Source: Armatimonadota bacterium (GTDB taxonomy: Bacteria; Armatimonadota; HRBIN16). From it: a DNA stretch of 35,599 nt. The notes beneath the pieces are model-generated. The model was not told the DNA's origin. It ran no database searches and worked only from the letters and a program-made list of their open reading frames with translations. Below are positions 8,466 to 15,691 of this stretch, in pieces. The stretch's first letter is position 1. Each line of letters opens with the position of its first letter. The position numbers and the translations under genes are program-made. Location: assembly GCA_028275265.1 (NCBI GenBank), contig JAPWUZ010000001.1, positions 1 through 35,599 of the forward strand. Reading direction: 5' to 3'.

Positions 8466-9284
8466 ATGGACAGCACCACCGTCGGCGGGCTGCTCTTCGG
8501 CGTCGGCTGTCTGATTGCGGCTCTCTGGCTGGAAGGAGGGCATCTACACCAGCTGGTGAATCTGCCCGCGGCGGTAATCGTGCTTGGCGGCACGTTTGGA
8601 GCTACCCTCATCGGTCTCAGTGCCAGGCAGCTGCGCGACCTGCCCCACATTTTGCGCCAGGCTCTGGTCAGCCCATCTATAGACATCTCGCAAACCATCC
8701 GCTGGCTGGTAACTCTGTCGGAAAAAGCGCGCCGCGAGGGACTGCTTGCGCTGGAAGCCGACGCCAACGCCGCTTCCGACGAGTTCCTCAAACGTGCCTT
8801 ACAACTGGCGATAGACGGCACGGACCCCGAGCTGGTGCGAGACATCCTACAGCTGGAGATTACATTCCTGGAAGAACGACACCGCCAGGGCGAGCAGGTT
8901 TTCACCAGCATGGGTGGCTATGCCCCTACTATGGGCGTGCTGGGCACGGTGATGGGGCTGATACACATGATGTCTCGCATTGAAAACCCCAGCCAAATGG
9001 GTCCCGCCATCGCCACGGCGTTCGTCGCCACACTCTACGGAGTGAGCTCCGCCAACCTGCTCTTCCTGCCTATCGCGAACAAGCTGCGCACGCGCCATGC
9101 GGAAGAGGTGCTTCTGCGTGAGGTCATCGTGGAAGGCGTTCTGGCGATTCAATCGGGAGAAAACCCGCGCATTGTGGAACAACGCTTACGGGCGTTTCTC
9201 TCACAGCGTCAGAAGCGTGCCCTACCCACGTTGAGGTGGCATATACACGATGACCAGAGCACGCAGGAGCACAAGGCGGCATGA
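8466..9284 (+). CDS. motA: Flagellar stator protein MotA
   Basis: MotA/TolQ/ExbB-type TM pattern and 'GYAPTMGVLGTVMGLIHMM...AFVATLYGVSSANLLFLPIANKL'. I chose the start at ATG 8466, after the flbD stop. The ORF-track start at 8424 would overlap flbD. Confidence 0.9.
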   Translation: MDSTTVGGLLFGVGCLIAALWLEGGHLHQLVNLPAAVIVLGGTFGATLIGLSARQLRDLPHILRQALVSPSIDISQTIRWLVTLSEKARREGLLALEADANAASDEFLKRALQLAIDGTDPELVRDILQLEITFLEERHRQGEQVFTSMGGYAPTMGVLGTVMGLIHMMSRIENPSQMGPAIATAFVATLYGVSSANLLFLPIANKLRTRHAEEVLLREVIVEGVLAIQSGENPRIVEQRLRAFLSQRQKRALPTLRWHIHDDQSTQEHKAA

Positions 9285-9957
9285 AAACGTCGACCGCTGG
9301 CTCATCACCTACGCCGATATGATCACCCTGCTCGTGGCATTGTTTGTCATGCTCTACTCGATGTCGGCGGTCAATCAGGAGAAGTTCGGCGCGCTGGCTC
9401 AGTCGATGCGGCGCGAGTTTCAGGCGCTGCCCGAACACAACGGGGGCAAGATTATCGGCACAGGGCAGATTGTAGACCCTCTGGAGCAGCAGGCGTCGCA
9501 ACTGCAGCGATTTCTGGAGGACACCGGTCTGCAAACGCAGGTGCGCGTTCGACATGAGGAGCGCGGGCTGGTCATCTCGTTGCTCAGCGACGGCACTCTG
9601 TTTGACCTGGGCAGCGCAGACCTGAAGCCCTCCGCGCGACAGGTGCTGGACCGGGTGGCTCAGTTGCTTCGTGCGGTGCCGAACCCTGTGTTGATCGAAG
9701 GGCACACCGATAACCTGCCTATCCGCACGGCGCAATACCCTTCCAACTGGGAGCTTTCGGCAGCGCGCGCCGCGCGGGTATTGCGCTATCTGGTGCAGAA
9801 AGGCGGAATCCCCTCACACCGTCTGATTGCCGTAGGCTATGCCGACACCCGTCCCCTCGCGCCCAACAACTCGCCGGCGAATCGTGCGCAGAACCGTCGT
9901 GTGGATATCGCCATTCTCAAAACCTCGCAGAACGCTCTAAGATTCGGCTCGCGCTAA
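9250..9957 (+). CDS. motB: Flagellar stator protein MotB (OmpA-like peptidoglycan-binding C-terminus)
   Basis: 'WLITYADMITLLVALFVMLYS' carries the conserved plug/TM Asp. OmpA-like 'IEGHTDNLPI...SNWELSAARAARV...NRAQNRRVDI'. Overlaps the motA 3' end by 35 nt. Confidence 0.9.
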   Translation: MTRARRSTRRHENVDRWLITYADMITLLVALFVMLYSMSAVNQEKFGALAQSMRREFQALPEHNGGKIIGTGQIVDPLEQQASQLQRFLEDTGLQTQVRVRHEERGLVISLLSDGTLFDLGSADLKPSARQVLDRVAQLLRAVPNPVLIEGHTDNLPIRTAQYPSNWELSAARAARVLRYLVQKGGIPSHRLIAVGYADTRPLAPNNSPANRAQNRRVDIAILKTSQNALRFGSR

Positions 9958-9967
9958 GCCGACAATA
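9933..9967 (+). promoter_or_regulatory. Candidate FliA (sigma-28)-type internal promoter upstream of fliL: TAAGATTC-N12-GCCGACAA
   Basis: 'cgctctaagattc-N9-taagccgacaata'. The blocks are 12/13 and 13/13 identical to 4559-4593 and the spacer is unrelated. The -35 block lies in the last motB codons. The -10 ends 55 nt before the fliL ATG. Confidence 0.5.
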
Positions 9968-10020
9968 GGATAGGGGGAGACGCCCATCATCCTCGTGATA
10001 ACTCCTGCAGGGAGGTCGTT

Positions 10021-10497
10021 ATGGCAGCAAAGAAAGCAGGCGCAGAAGGTGCTTCTGGCGGTGGTAAAAACAAGACGATTATCTTCCTGGTCATCGGCGT
10101 TGTGCTCGGAGCGGTAGTAGCGTTCGGAGCGAGCACGATGATTCTGGGCAAAAACAAAGGGGAGAAGAAAGAGGAGAAAACCCTGCCCGAACACACCATT
10201 GAGCTGGACGAGTTTGTGGTGAACCTCGCCGACGGCTCGCACTACGCAAAGGTGTCTATCGCGCTGGGGCTGGAGAAGCCGATGGAAGGCGGCGGGGAGG
10301 GAGGCAAACTGGATGCAAAGATACTTGCGCCTATCCGGGATACGGTCATCACGGTGCTGTCCAGCAAGAGCATGGAGCAGCTGGTCAGCAACGAGGGCAA
10401 AGCGAAGCTGAAAGAGGAGCTGAAGGAGAAGCTGAACGAGTTACTGGGTAAAGAGGTGGTAAAGGAGGTCTACTTTACCTCTCTCACGTTGCAGTAG
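10021..10497 (+). CDS. fliL: Flagellar basal-body-associated protein FliL
   Basis: Single N-terminal TM, then 'LDEFVVNLADGSHYAKVSIALG...IRDTVITVLSSKSMEQL...VKEVYFTSLTLQ', typical of FliL. GGGAGG RBS. Confidence 0.85.
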   Translation: MAAKKAGAEGASGGGKNKTIIFLVIGVVLGAVVAFGASTMILGKNKGEKKEEKTLPEHTIELDEFVVNLADGSHYAKVSIALGLEKPMEGGGEGGKLDAKILAPIRDTVITVLSSKSMEQLVSNEGKAKLKEELKEKLNELLGKEVVKEVYFTSLTLQ

Positions 10498-10521
10498 CGC
10501 AGATAGCGGGTGTAAGCGGAA

Positions 10522-11583
10522 ATGGTGGAGATACTGTCGCAAGAGGAGATAGAGGCTCTTCTGGCATCGCTGACCAGTTCCGAAGAGACTGCGGCAGCTG
10601 CCCCTGCCGGCGTGCCTGCAGCCGCTGCTTCGCCGGTCGGCGCAGGGAAGGGGGACCGGCGTGCCCCGATTGCCTACGAGGTGTACGATTTCCGCCGCCC
10701 GGATAAGTTCTCCAAGGACCAGCTGCGCACCATGCAGATGCTACACGAGACCTTCGCGCGGCTGTTCTCGTCCACGCTTGCCGCTCACCTGCGCGCTCCG
10801 GTACACATCGACCTTATTTCTGTCGAGCAAATCCCTTACGACGAGTACATCCGGGCAATTACCAGCAGCCTCATCAATATTTTCAGTATGCAACCCCTGT
10901 CTGGACAGGCGCTGCTGGAAATAGAATTCGACGTGGTTATCAGCATGATCGACCGCTTGCTGGGCGGGCCCGGCACGGTGGTGAAGCGCCCCCAGCCTGC
11001 TCTGACCGACATCGAACGACCGCTGGTGGAAAGCGTCGTGGACCGCGCGCTGGGCTCCCTGCGCACCGCATGGGAAGGGATTGTCAGTTTCACGCCGGTG
11101 CGCGAAGGCATGGAAACCAGCGCACAGTTTGTGCAGATTGTGCCTCCGAACGACATAGTGGTCTCCATCTTGTTCGAAATCCGCGTCGGGGAAACACATG
11201 GAGCCATGAGCCTGTGTATTCCCTACCTGTTGCTCAAACCCATCCTGTCCAAGCTCAGCGCACAGCGATGGTTCTCGGGTAGTAAACGTTCCTCTTCGCA
11301 ACATACGGCTCTGATTGCGCAGCAGATTCAGCAAACGCGCGTGCCGCTGGTGGCGGTACTCGGAAGTACTCGTCTGATGCTGAGACAGGTACTGGACCTG
11401 AAGGAAGGCGACGTGATACTGCTCACCCGACGCACCAACGAGCCGATTGACGTGATGGTGGGCAACAGGGTGAAGTTTCGGGCGCGCCCGGGTTTGCGCG
11501 GCAAGCAAGTCGTGGTGCAGATAGAAAGTATCGTCGCAAACCACGCCGCTGAAAAGTCCAAAACAGCAGCTTCATCCAGCTGA
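10522..11583 (+). CDS. fliM: Flagellar motor switch protein FliM
   Basis: N-terminal CheY-P-binding peptide 'LSQEEIEALL', 'YDFRRPDKFSKDQLRTMQMLHETFAR', and a C-terminal SpoA-like domain. Confidence 0.92.
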   Translation: MVEILSQEEIEALLASLTSSEETAAAAPAGVPAAAASPVGAGKGDRRAPIAYEVYDFRRPDKFSKDQLRTMQMLHETFARLFSSTLAAHLRAPVHIDLISVEQIPYDEYIRAITSSLINIFSMQPLSGQALLEIEFDVVISMIDRLLGGPGTVVKRPQPALTDIERPLVESVVDRALGSLRTAWEGIVSFTPVREGMETSAQFVQIVPPNDIVVSILFEIRVGETHGAMSLCIPYLLLKPILSKLSAQRWFSGSKRSSSQHTALIAQQIQQTRVPLVAVLGSTRLMLRQVLDLKEGDVILLTRRTNEPIDVMVGNRVKFRARPGLRGKQVVVQIESIVANHAAEKSKTAASSS

Positions 11584-11599
11584 GGAGGAAGGGTAGCAG

Positions 11600-12571
11600 A
11601 TGGCATCGTTGAACCTGGAACATATTAACACGATTACCGGCAAGCAGGATAGCCTGTGGGGCACGGTGTCGATAGCGCTGTCGGAAGCGATTAACCGACA
11701 GGCGTCCCTTTCGTCCCCTCTCACCACCTTGCTTCCGGTTTCAGAGTTAGAAAACGCTTTCGCAGGCAAGCGCGTCTACGGCGTAGCCACCCTGCAGACT
11801 ACTACTGCATACACTCTGCTGATTGTTCTGGAGACCTCATCTGCTGCAATGCTGGCAGACATCGCTGCTGGCGGGGACGGTTCCAGCCCGCCGCAGGATA
11901 TCGACGAGGGCAGTCTGCAGATTCTGCAACAGGTGCTGTTTGTGATTGCGAACGGTGTGGCACAGTCACTCGCCAATCTGACGAACAGCGATTGCAACGT
12001 ATTGCAGGTAGAGTGCCGCTATGAACCTGTCGAGCCGCCTGTGGAGTGGCTGACCCAGGACAATCTGGTGCGTTTGGATGCGGTGTTACACGTCGACGGC
12101 AGCCCTATCGGCGCGATGGCTGTGCTTGGCGACGAGCGATTCGCCCTGTGGCTGGCAGGCGAAGAGACCGAATCGCCGTCGGCACAGGCAGATGCCGCCG
12201 CCGTCGGAGCCAGTCCTTTCCAGACGCTGGATGAGGCAACAACCGCATCCTCCCAGCCTTTTGTGCCGCTGGCTCAAGCGGCTTCCCAGCCTCTACCCGC
12301 AGGTATCGAACTGATACTGGATGTCCCCCTCGAGCTCACCGTCGAGCTGGGACGCAAGCGGATGTTCATCAAGGATGTGCTCGAGCTGACCATCGGCTCC
12401 ATCGTGGAACTGGACAGGATAGCGGGCGAACCGGTGGATGTTCTGGTAAACGGACGTATCATGGCACGCGGGGAGGTGGTGGTTATCGAGGACAACTTCG
12501 GAATCCGCATCACTGAGATTATCAACCCGCAGGAGCAGCTCGTCGAGATTAGCCGGAGAGCGGTGGCATGA
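11600..12571 (+). CDS. fliY: Long FliN-type switch protein (FliY-like): CheC/FliM-like N-terminal region plus C-terminal FliN/SpoA domain
   Basis: C-terminus 'ILDVPLELTVELGRKRMFIKDVLELTIGSIVELDRIAGEPVDVLVNGRIMARGEVVVIEDNFGIRITEII' is canonical FliN. At 323 aa it matches FliY rather than a short FliN. Confidence 0.85.
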   Translation: MASLNLEHINTITGKQDSLWGTVSIALSEAINRQASLSSPLTTLLPVSELENAFAGKRVYGVATLQTTTAYTLLIVLETSSAAMLADIAAGGDGSSPPQDIDEGSLQILQQVLFVIANGVAQSLANLTNSDCNVLQVECRYEPVEPPVEWLTQDNLVRLDAVLHVDGSPIGAMAVLGDERFALWLAGEETESPSAQADAAAVGASPFQTLDEATTASSQPFVPLAQAASQPLPAGIELILDVPLELTVELGRKRMFIKDVLELTIGSIVELDRIAGEPVDVLVNGRIMARGEVVVIEDNFGIRITEIINPQEQLVEISRRAVA

Positions 12572-13257
12572 GGAGAGCGTGTCTCATCTTCGTTCTGATG
12601 CTTGCAGTGAGGCAGGGGATGGCTTCGCCCCCCGAGACGCTTTTCTCCCCTCCCCCCGCCTCCGGTGTCCGCAGCCTGCACCTGACATCCGCGCCGGCAG
12701 CTGCCATACGAACCGAGGCGCCCTCGAACGATGCCGCGCCCGCTCAGCCTCGCCCGCAGGGTGCGCAAAACTCCCGCGAAGGCTGGGATGCCCTGCGACG
12801 CGAAACCCTGCCTGAACCCGTAGGGTCTCCGACCAGTCAGGCGTGGCGATGGCTTATCGGGCTGGCGGTTGCGTTGGCTCTCATAAAGTGGGGTCTACCA
12901 CGCGCCCTCAACGGCGGTAACAAAGGGCAGGCTGTTCAGTGGCTCACCCGCCTCGTTCCCCCCAAAAGCGAAGGCACTATTACCGTGCTGGATACTCGCT
13001 TCTTAGGAGCGGGAGCGGTGCATCTGATTACTGTGCGCGGAAGAATACTGCTTATCGGCTCTACAGCACAGCAGGTGAACCTGTTAATAGACCTCACCGA
13101 ACAGCCTGAACCCACGTCCGCATTTGACAAGGTGCTTGCACAGTCCAAACCTTTCACGCCGGAGCCCACGATTGCCGACGAAGCCAACGAGACCCAACAG
13201 GTGCTCCGCGACCTTCAGCAGCGATTGCAGCAGGTGCGTCAGCGACTGGCCGGGTAA
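12568..13257 (+). CDS. fliO: FliO/FliZ-type flagellar export-gate assembly protein
   Basis: ATGA start/stop overlap with fliY. N-terminal signal-like helix, central TM 'WRWLIGLAVALALIKWGL', then 'ITVLDTRFLGAGAVHLITVRGRILLIGSTAQQVNLL', which resembles the FliO core. Its size is similar to B. subtilis FliZ. Confidence 0.6.
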   Translation: MRRACLIFVLMLAVRQGMASPPETLFSPPPASGVRSLHLTSAPAAAIRTEAPSNDAAPAQPRPQGAQNSREGWDALRRETLPEPVGSPTSQAWRWLIGLAVALALIKWGLPRALNGGNKGQAVQWLTRLVPPKSEGTITVLDTRFLGAGAVHLITVRGRILLIGSTAQQVNLLIDLTEQPEPTSAFDKVLAQSKPFTPEPTIADEANETQQVLRDLQQRLQQVRQRLAG

Positions 13258-13263
13258 GCGGGG

Positions 13264-14442
13264 CTACTTCGGAGAAGGCAGGCAGAGTTTGCCCATGATG
13301 ACGGCGTGTTGCGCCCCTGTTGCTGCGGGCAGGTTATTCGTCCGTCCCCGCATCCGCTGATAGCCCAAAACCGCAAAAGCCACGGCCTCCTTCGCGTCGG
13401 GATGGATGCCGTAGCGGTCACTGGTTTCCACCTGCAGGTCAGGTAGCAGTTCTCGCAATCGCTTCATGAGAGTGCGGTTATGCACTCCACCGCCGGAGAC
13501 TATCAGCCGACTCGCCGGCATCTTCGCGAAAACGAATCGGCGGATGGCGTCGGCGATGCTACGGGCGGTGAGTTCGGTAAGAACGGGCACCAGCAGTTCG
13601 GCGTTAGCAATCTTATAGCGGCGCAGCAGTTTGCGCACCATTGCCTCGCCGAAGGTCTCGCGTCCGGTGGACTTCGGGGGGAGCTGCGCAAAGTAGGGAT
13701 GCTGCAACAGTTCGTTCAGCCACTCCTCGCGCACCGGGTGCCGCTGAGCGAAGGAGCCTTCGGGGTCGTAGCGGTATTTGCCCCCGCTGGCAATCTCCAT
13801 CGCCACGTTGATCAGCGCATTGCCGGGTCCCGTGTCGAAAGCAATCACCTGCTCCGGTGAGGCATTCGCAGGGATGGCGGTGAGGTTGGCGATACCGCCG
13901 ATGTTCAGCAGAATGCGCCCCTCTTCAGGATGGCGAAACAGCAGATAATCCACATAGGGAACCAGCGGCGCGCCCTGACCGCCTGCCGCCACGTCCGCCG
14001 TACGAAAGTCGCCGACGGTAGTCACTCCGGTGCGTTCTGCAATCACCGCCAGCTCGCCGATTTGCAGGGTGGAGCGAATCGGCTTTCCCTGCCACTCTAT
14101 CGGTTCGGGCTGGTGCCACACCGTTTGCCCATGTGAGGCGATGCACAGGATCTGCTGGGGAGATACCTTCGCCTGCTGCATCAGCTGCAACGCCGCATCA
14201 GCGAACAACTCACCTAACAGGAAGTTCAGATGGCAGATTTCGGCAACACCTGTTTCCCCACGGATGGTGCGCAGCAGCTCCGCCTGCACGTCGGAGGGAT
14301 AAGGCGTGGTGTGGAACGCCAGCGTCTTCACCTCAAGGTTATCGCCCGCATCGCGGATATCCACCAGCGCGGCGTCGATACCGTCCATGCTGGTGCCGGA
14401 CATCAAACCGATGACCATGCTGGGAGGTTCGGGGTGTGCCAT
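13264..14442 (-). CDS. anmK: Anhydro-N-acetylmuramic acid kinase AnmK
   Basis: 'VIGLMSGTSMDGIDAALV' N-terminal ASKHA motif and 'NIGGIANLT...DTGPGNALI'. I chose the ATG at 14442, 4 nt after the fliA stop. The longer ORF-track start would overlap fliA by 92 nt. Confidence 0.88.
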   Translation of the reverse strand: MAHPEPPSMVIGLMSGTSMDGIDAALVDIRDAGDNLEVKTLAFHTTPYPSDVQAELLRTIRGETGVAEICHLNFLLGELFADAALQLMQQAKVSPQQILCIASHGQTVWHQPEPIEWQGKPIRSTLQIGELAVIAERTGVTTVGDFRTADVAAGGQGAPLVPYVDYLLFRHPEEGRILLNIGGIANLTAIPANASPEQVIAFDTGPGNALINVAMEIASGGKYRYDPEGSFAQRHPVREEWLNELLQHPYFAQLPPKSTGRETFGEAMVRKLLRRYKIANAELLVPVLTELTARSIADAIRRFVFAKMPASRLIVSGGGVHNRTLMKRLRELLPDLQVETSDRYGIHPDAKEAVAFAVLGYQRMRGRTNNLPAATGAQHAVIMGKLCLPSPK

Positions 14443-14446
14443 CTGC

Positions 14447-15220
14447 TCAAAACATGCCCGCATCACGCTGCAGGTAGTTGCGCAGGCGCAGCACCGCCTG
14501 CGTGTGCAGCTGATACACGCGCGATTCGGAGACGCCAAGCACCTTGCCGATTTCGCGGAAGGTCAAACCCTCATAGTAATACAGCGCGATAACGAGCCTT
14601 TCGCGCTCAGGCAGGCGGTCGATGGCTTCCACCAGCAACCGTCGCATCTCACGCTGCTCCACCTCGGCGATGGGGTCGGCGGTGGTGTCCGAGAGCACAT
14701 CCGAGATATGCAGCTTTTCGCCCGCGTCCTGCGAGCCCAAGATGAGGTCGTCCAGAGAGAGCAGGTTGGTGCGTCCGGCATCGCAGAGCAGCTGATGGTA
14801 ATCTTCTATCGCCATGCCCAGTTCCTGGCTGATTTCCTCTTCGGTAGGCGGTCGTCCGAGGCGGGATTCTAAGGCGGAGTAGGTGCGCTCCAGCTGTTTC
14901 ACACGGTCGCGCACGGAACGGGGAACCCAGTCTTCCGAGCGCAGCAGCTCCAGAATAGCTCCCCGGATGAGCGCGATGGCGTATGTTTCGAACTTGACCT
15001 GGCGGGATGGGTCAAATTGGTCTACCGCTTTAATCAGTCCCATAATGCCTGCGCTCACCAGGTCCTCGCGGTCCAGCGTGGGCGGAAGCGAGCTGACCAC
15101 CCGTCCGGCGGTAATTTTGACCAGATAGGCATAGCGTTCGATAATCTGGTGCCGCGCCTGTGGGTCGCCGTATCGCTTATAGCGCTCCCACGCTTTATCC
15201 ATTTCCGCAGCCGATGGCAT
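14447..15220 (-). CDS. fliA: Flagellar sigma factor FliA (sigma-28 / SigD / WhiG family)
   Basis: Region 2 'DLVSAGIMGLIKAVDQFDPSRQVKFETYAIALIRGAILE'. Region 4 'LYYYEGLTFREIGKVLGVSESRVYQLHTQAVLRLR'. Flagellar context. Confidence 0.92.
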   Translation of the reverse strand: MPSAAEMDKAWERYKRYGDPQARHQIIERYAYLVKITAGRVVSSLPPTLDREDLVSAGIMGLIKAVDQFDPSRQVKFETYAIALIRGAILELLRSEDWVPRSVRDRVKQLERTYSALESRLGRPPTEEEISQELGMAIEDYHQLLCDAGRTNLLSLDDLILGSQDAGEKLHISDVLSDTTADPIAEVEQREMRRLLVEAIDRLPERERLVIALYYYEGLTFREIGKVLGVSESRVYQLHTQAVLRLRNYLQRDAGMF

Positions 15221-15261
15221 GCCCAGCCTTTTCTCCTCGGATGTATCCTGTCAGAAGATGG

Positions 15262-15522
15262 TTACGCTGCTTCTCGCTCTTCCTGAGGCTCTTCCTCGGC
15301 GGGTGGCTGCTCGGAGGCAGGTCGGTCTTCAACGGGCTTCTGCGCGCCTCTGGAGGCGTCCAGGATAACCTCAAACACTATCATGACTGCTGCCAGCATC
15401 ACGAACACGGTTGTGGCACGCAGAAGGCTGGTTGCCAGCGATATGCCTTTCCAGCTTGCCAGCAGCCACGTCCACAGCGCCCCCCAGAGAGCAATAAACC
15501 ACTTCAGCCGACTTGCGCTCAT
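15262..15522 (-). CDS. Small two-TM membrane protein with an acidic Pro/Glu-rich tail, function unknown
   Basis: 86 aa from ATG 15522, with GGAG 6 nt upstream: 'MSASRLKWFIALWGALWTWLLASW...VFVMLAAVMIVFEVIL...EQPPAEEEPQEEREAA'. It ends 41 nt upstream of fliA. Confidence 0.45.
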   Translation of the reverse strand: MSASRLKWFIALWGALWTWLLASWKGISLATSLLRATTVFVMLAAVMIVFEVILDASRGAQKPVEDRPASEQPPAEEEPQEEREAA

Positions 15523-15544
15523 GCCCCACTCCGCCACGATAGTT

Positions 15545-15553
15545 AGTATAACA
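15545..15553 (-). promoter_or_regulatory. Candidate extended -10 (TGTTATACT on the minus strand) for the small ORF and fliA
   Basis: The reverse complement of 'agtataaca' is TGTTATACT, about 23 nt upstream of the ATG at 15522. The -35 is weak (TGGTAA). Confidence 0.25.
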
Positions 15554-15691
15554 CAGCAATCCCGCGATTACCAGTTGGTCGCTTTCGCCTGCGGAGGGCG
15601 AACCTCCGGGTGAGCCGTCCCCCCCCACCAGACCTCCCAGAGGAGGTGTTTTACGGCTCGGCAGGAGCCTCGCCCTCCAGTGACACCGTGT

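Noticed and set aside
14443-14538. N-terminal 32-aa extension of anmK suggested by the ORF track
   Set aside because: It would overlap fliA by 92 nt and adds a Cys/Arg-rich non-homologous leader. The ATG at 14442 gives the canonical 'VIGLMSGTSMDGID' N-terminus spacing.
15619-15626. C8/G8 homopolymer between glgA and the fliA-proximal promoter, considered as a phase-variation tract
   Set aside because: G/C runs of 7 or more occur elsewhere in the window (about 2324, 8211 and 35593), so it is not exceptional for this GC content. It lies about 70 nt from the candidate -10, not within a promoter spacer or a coding region.
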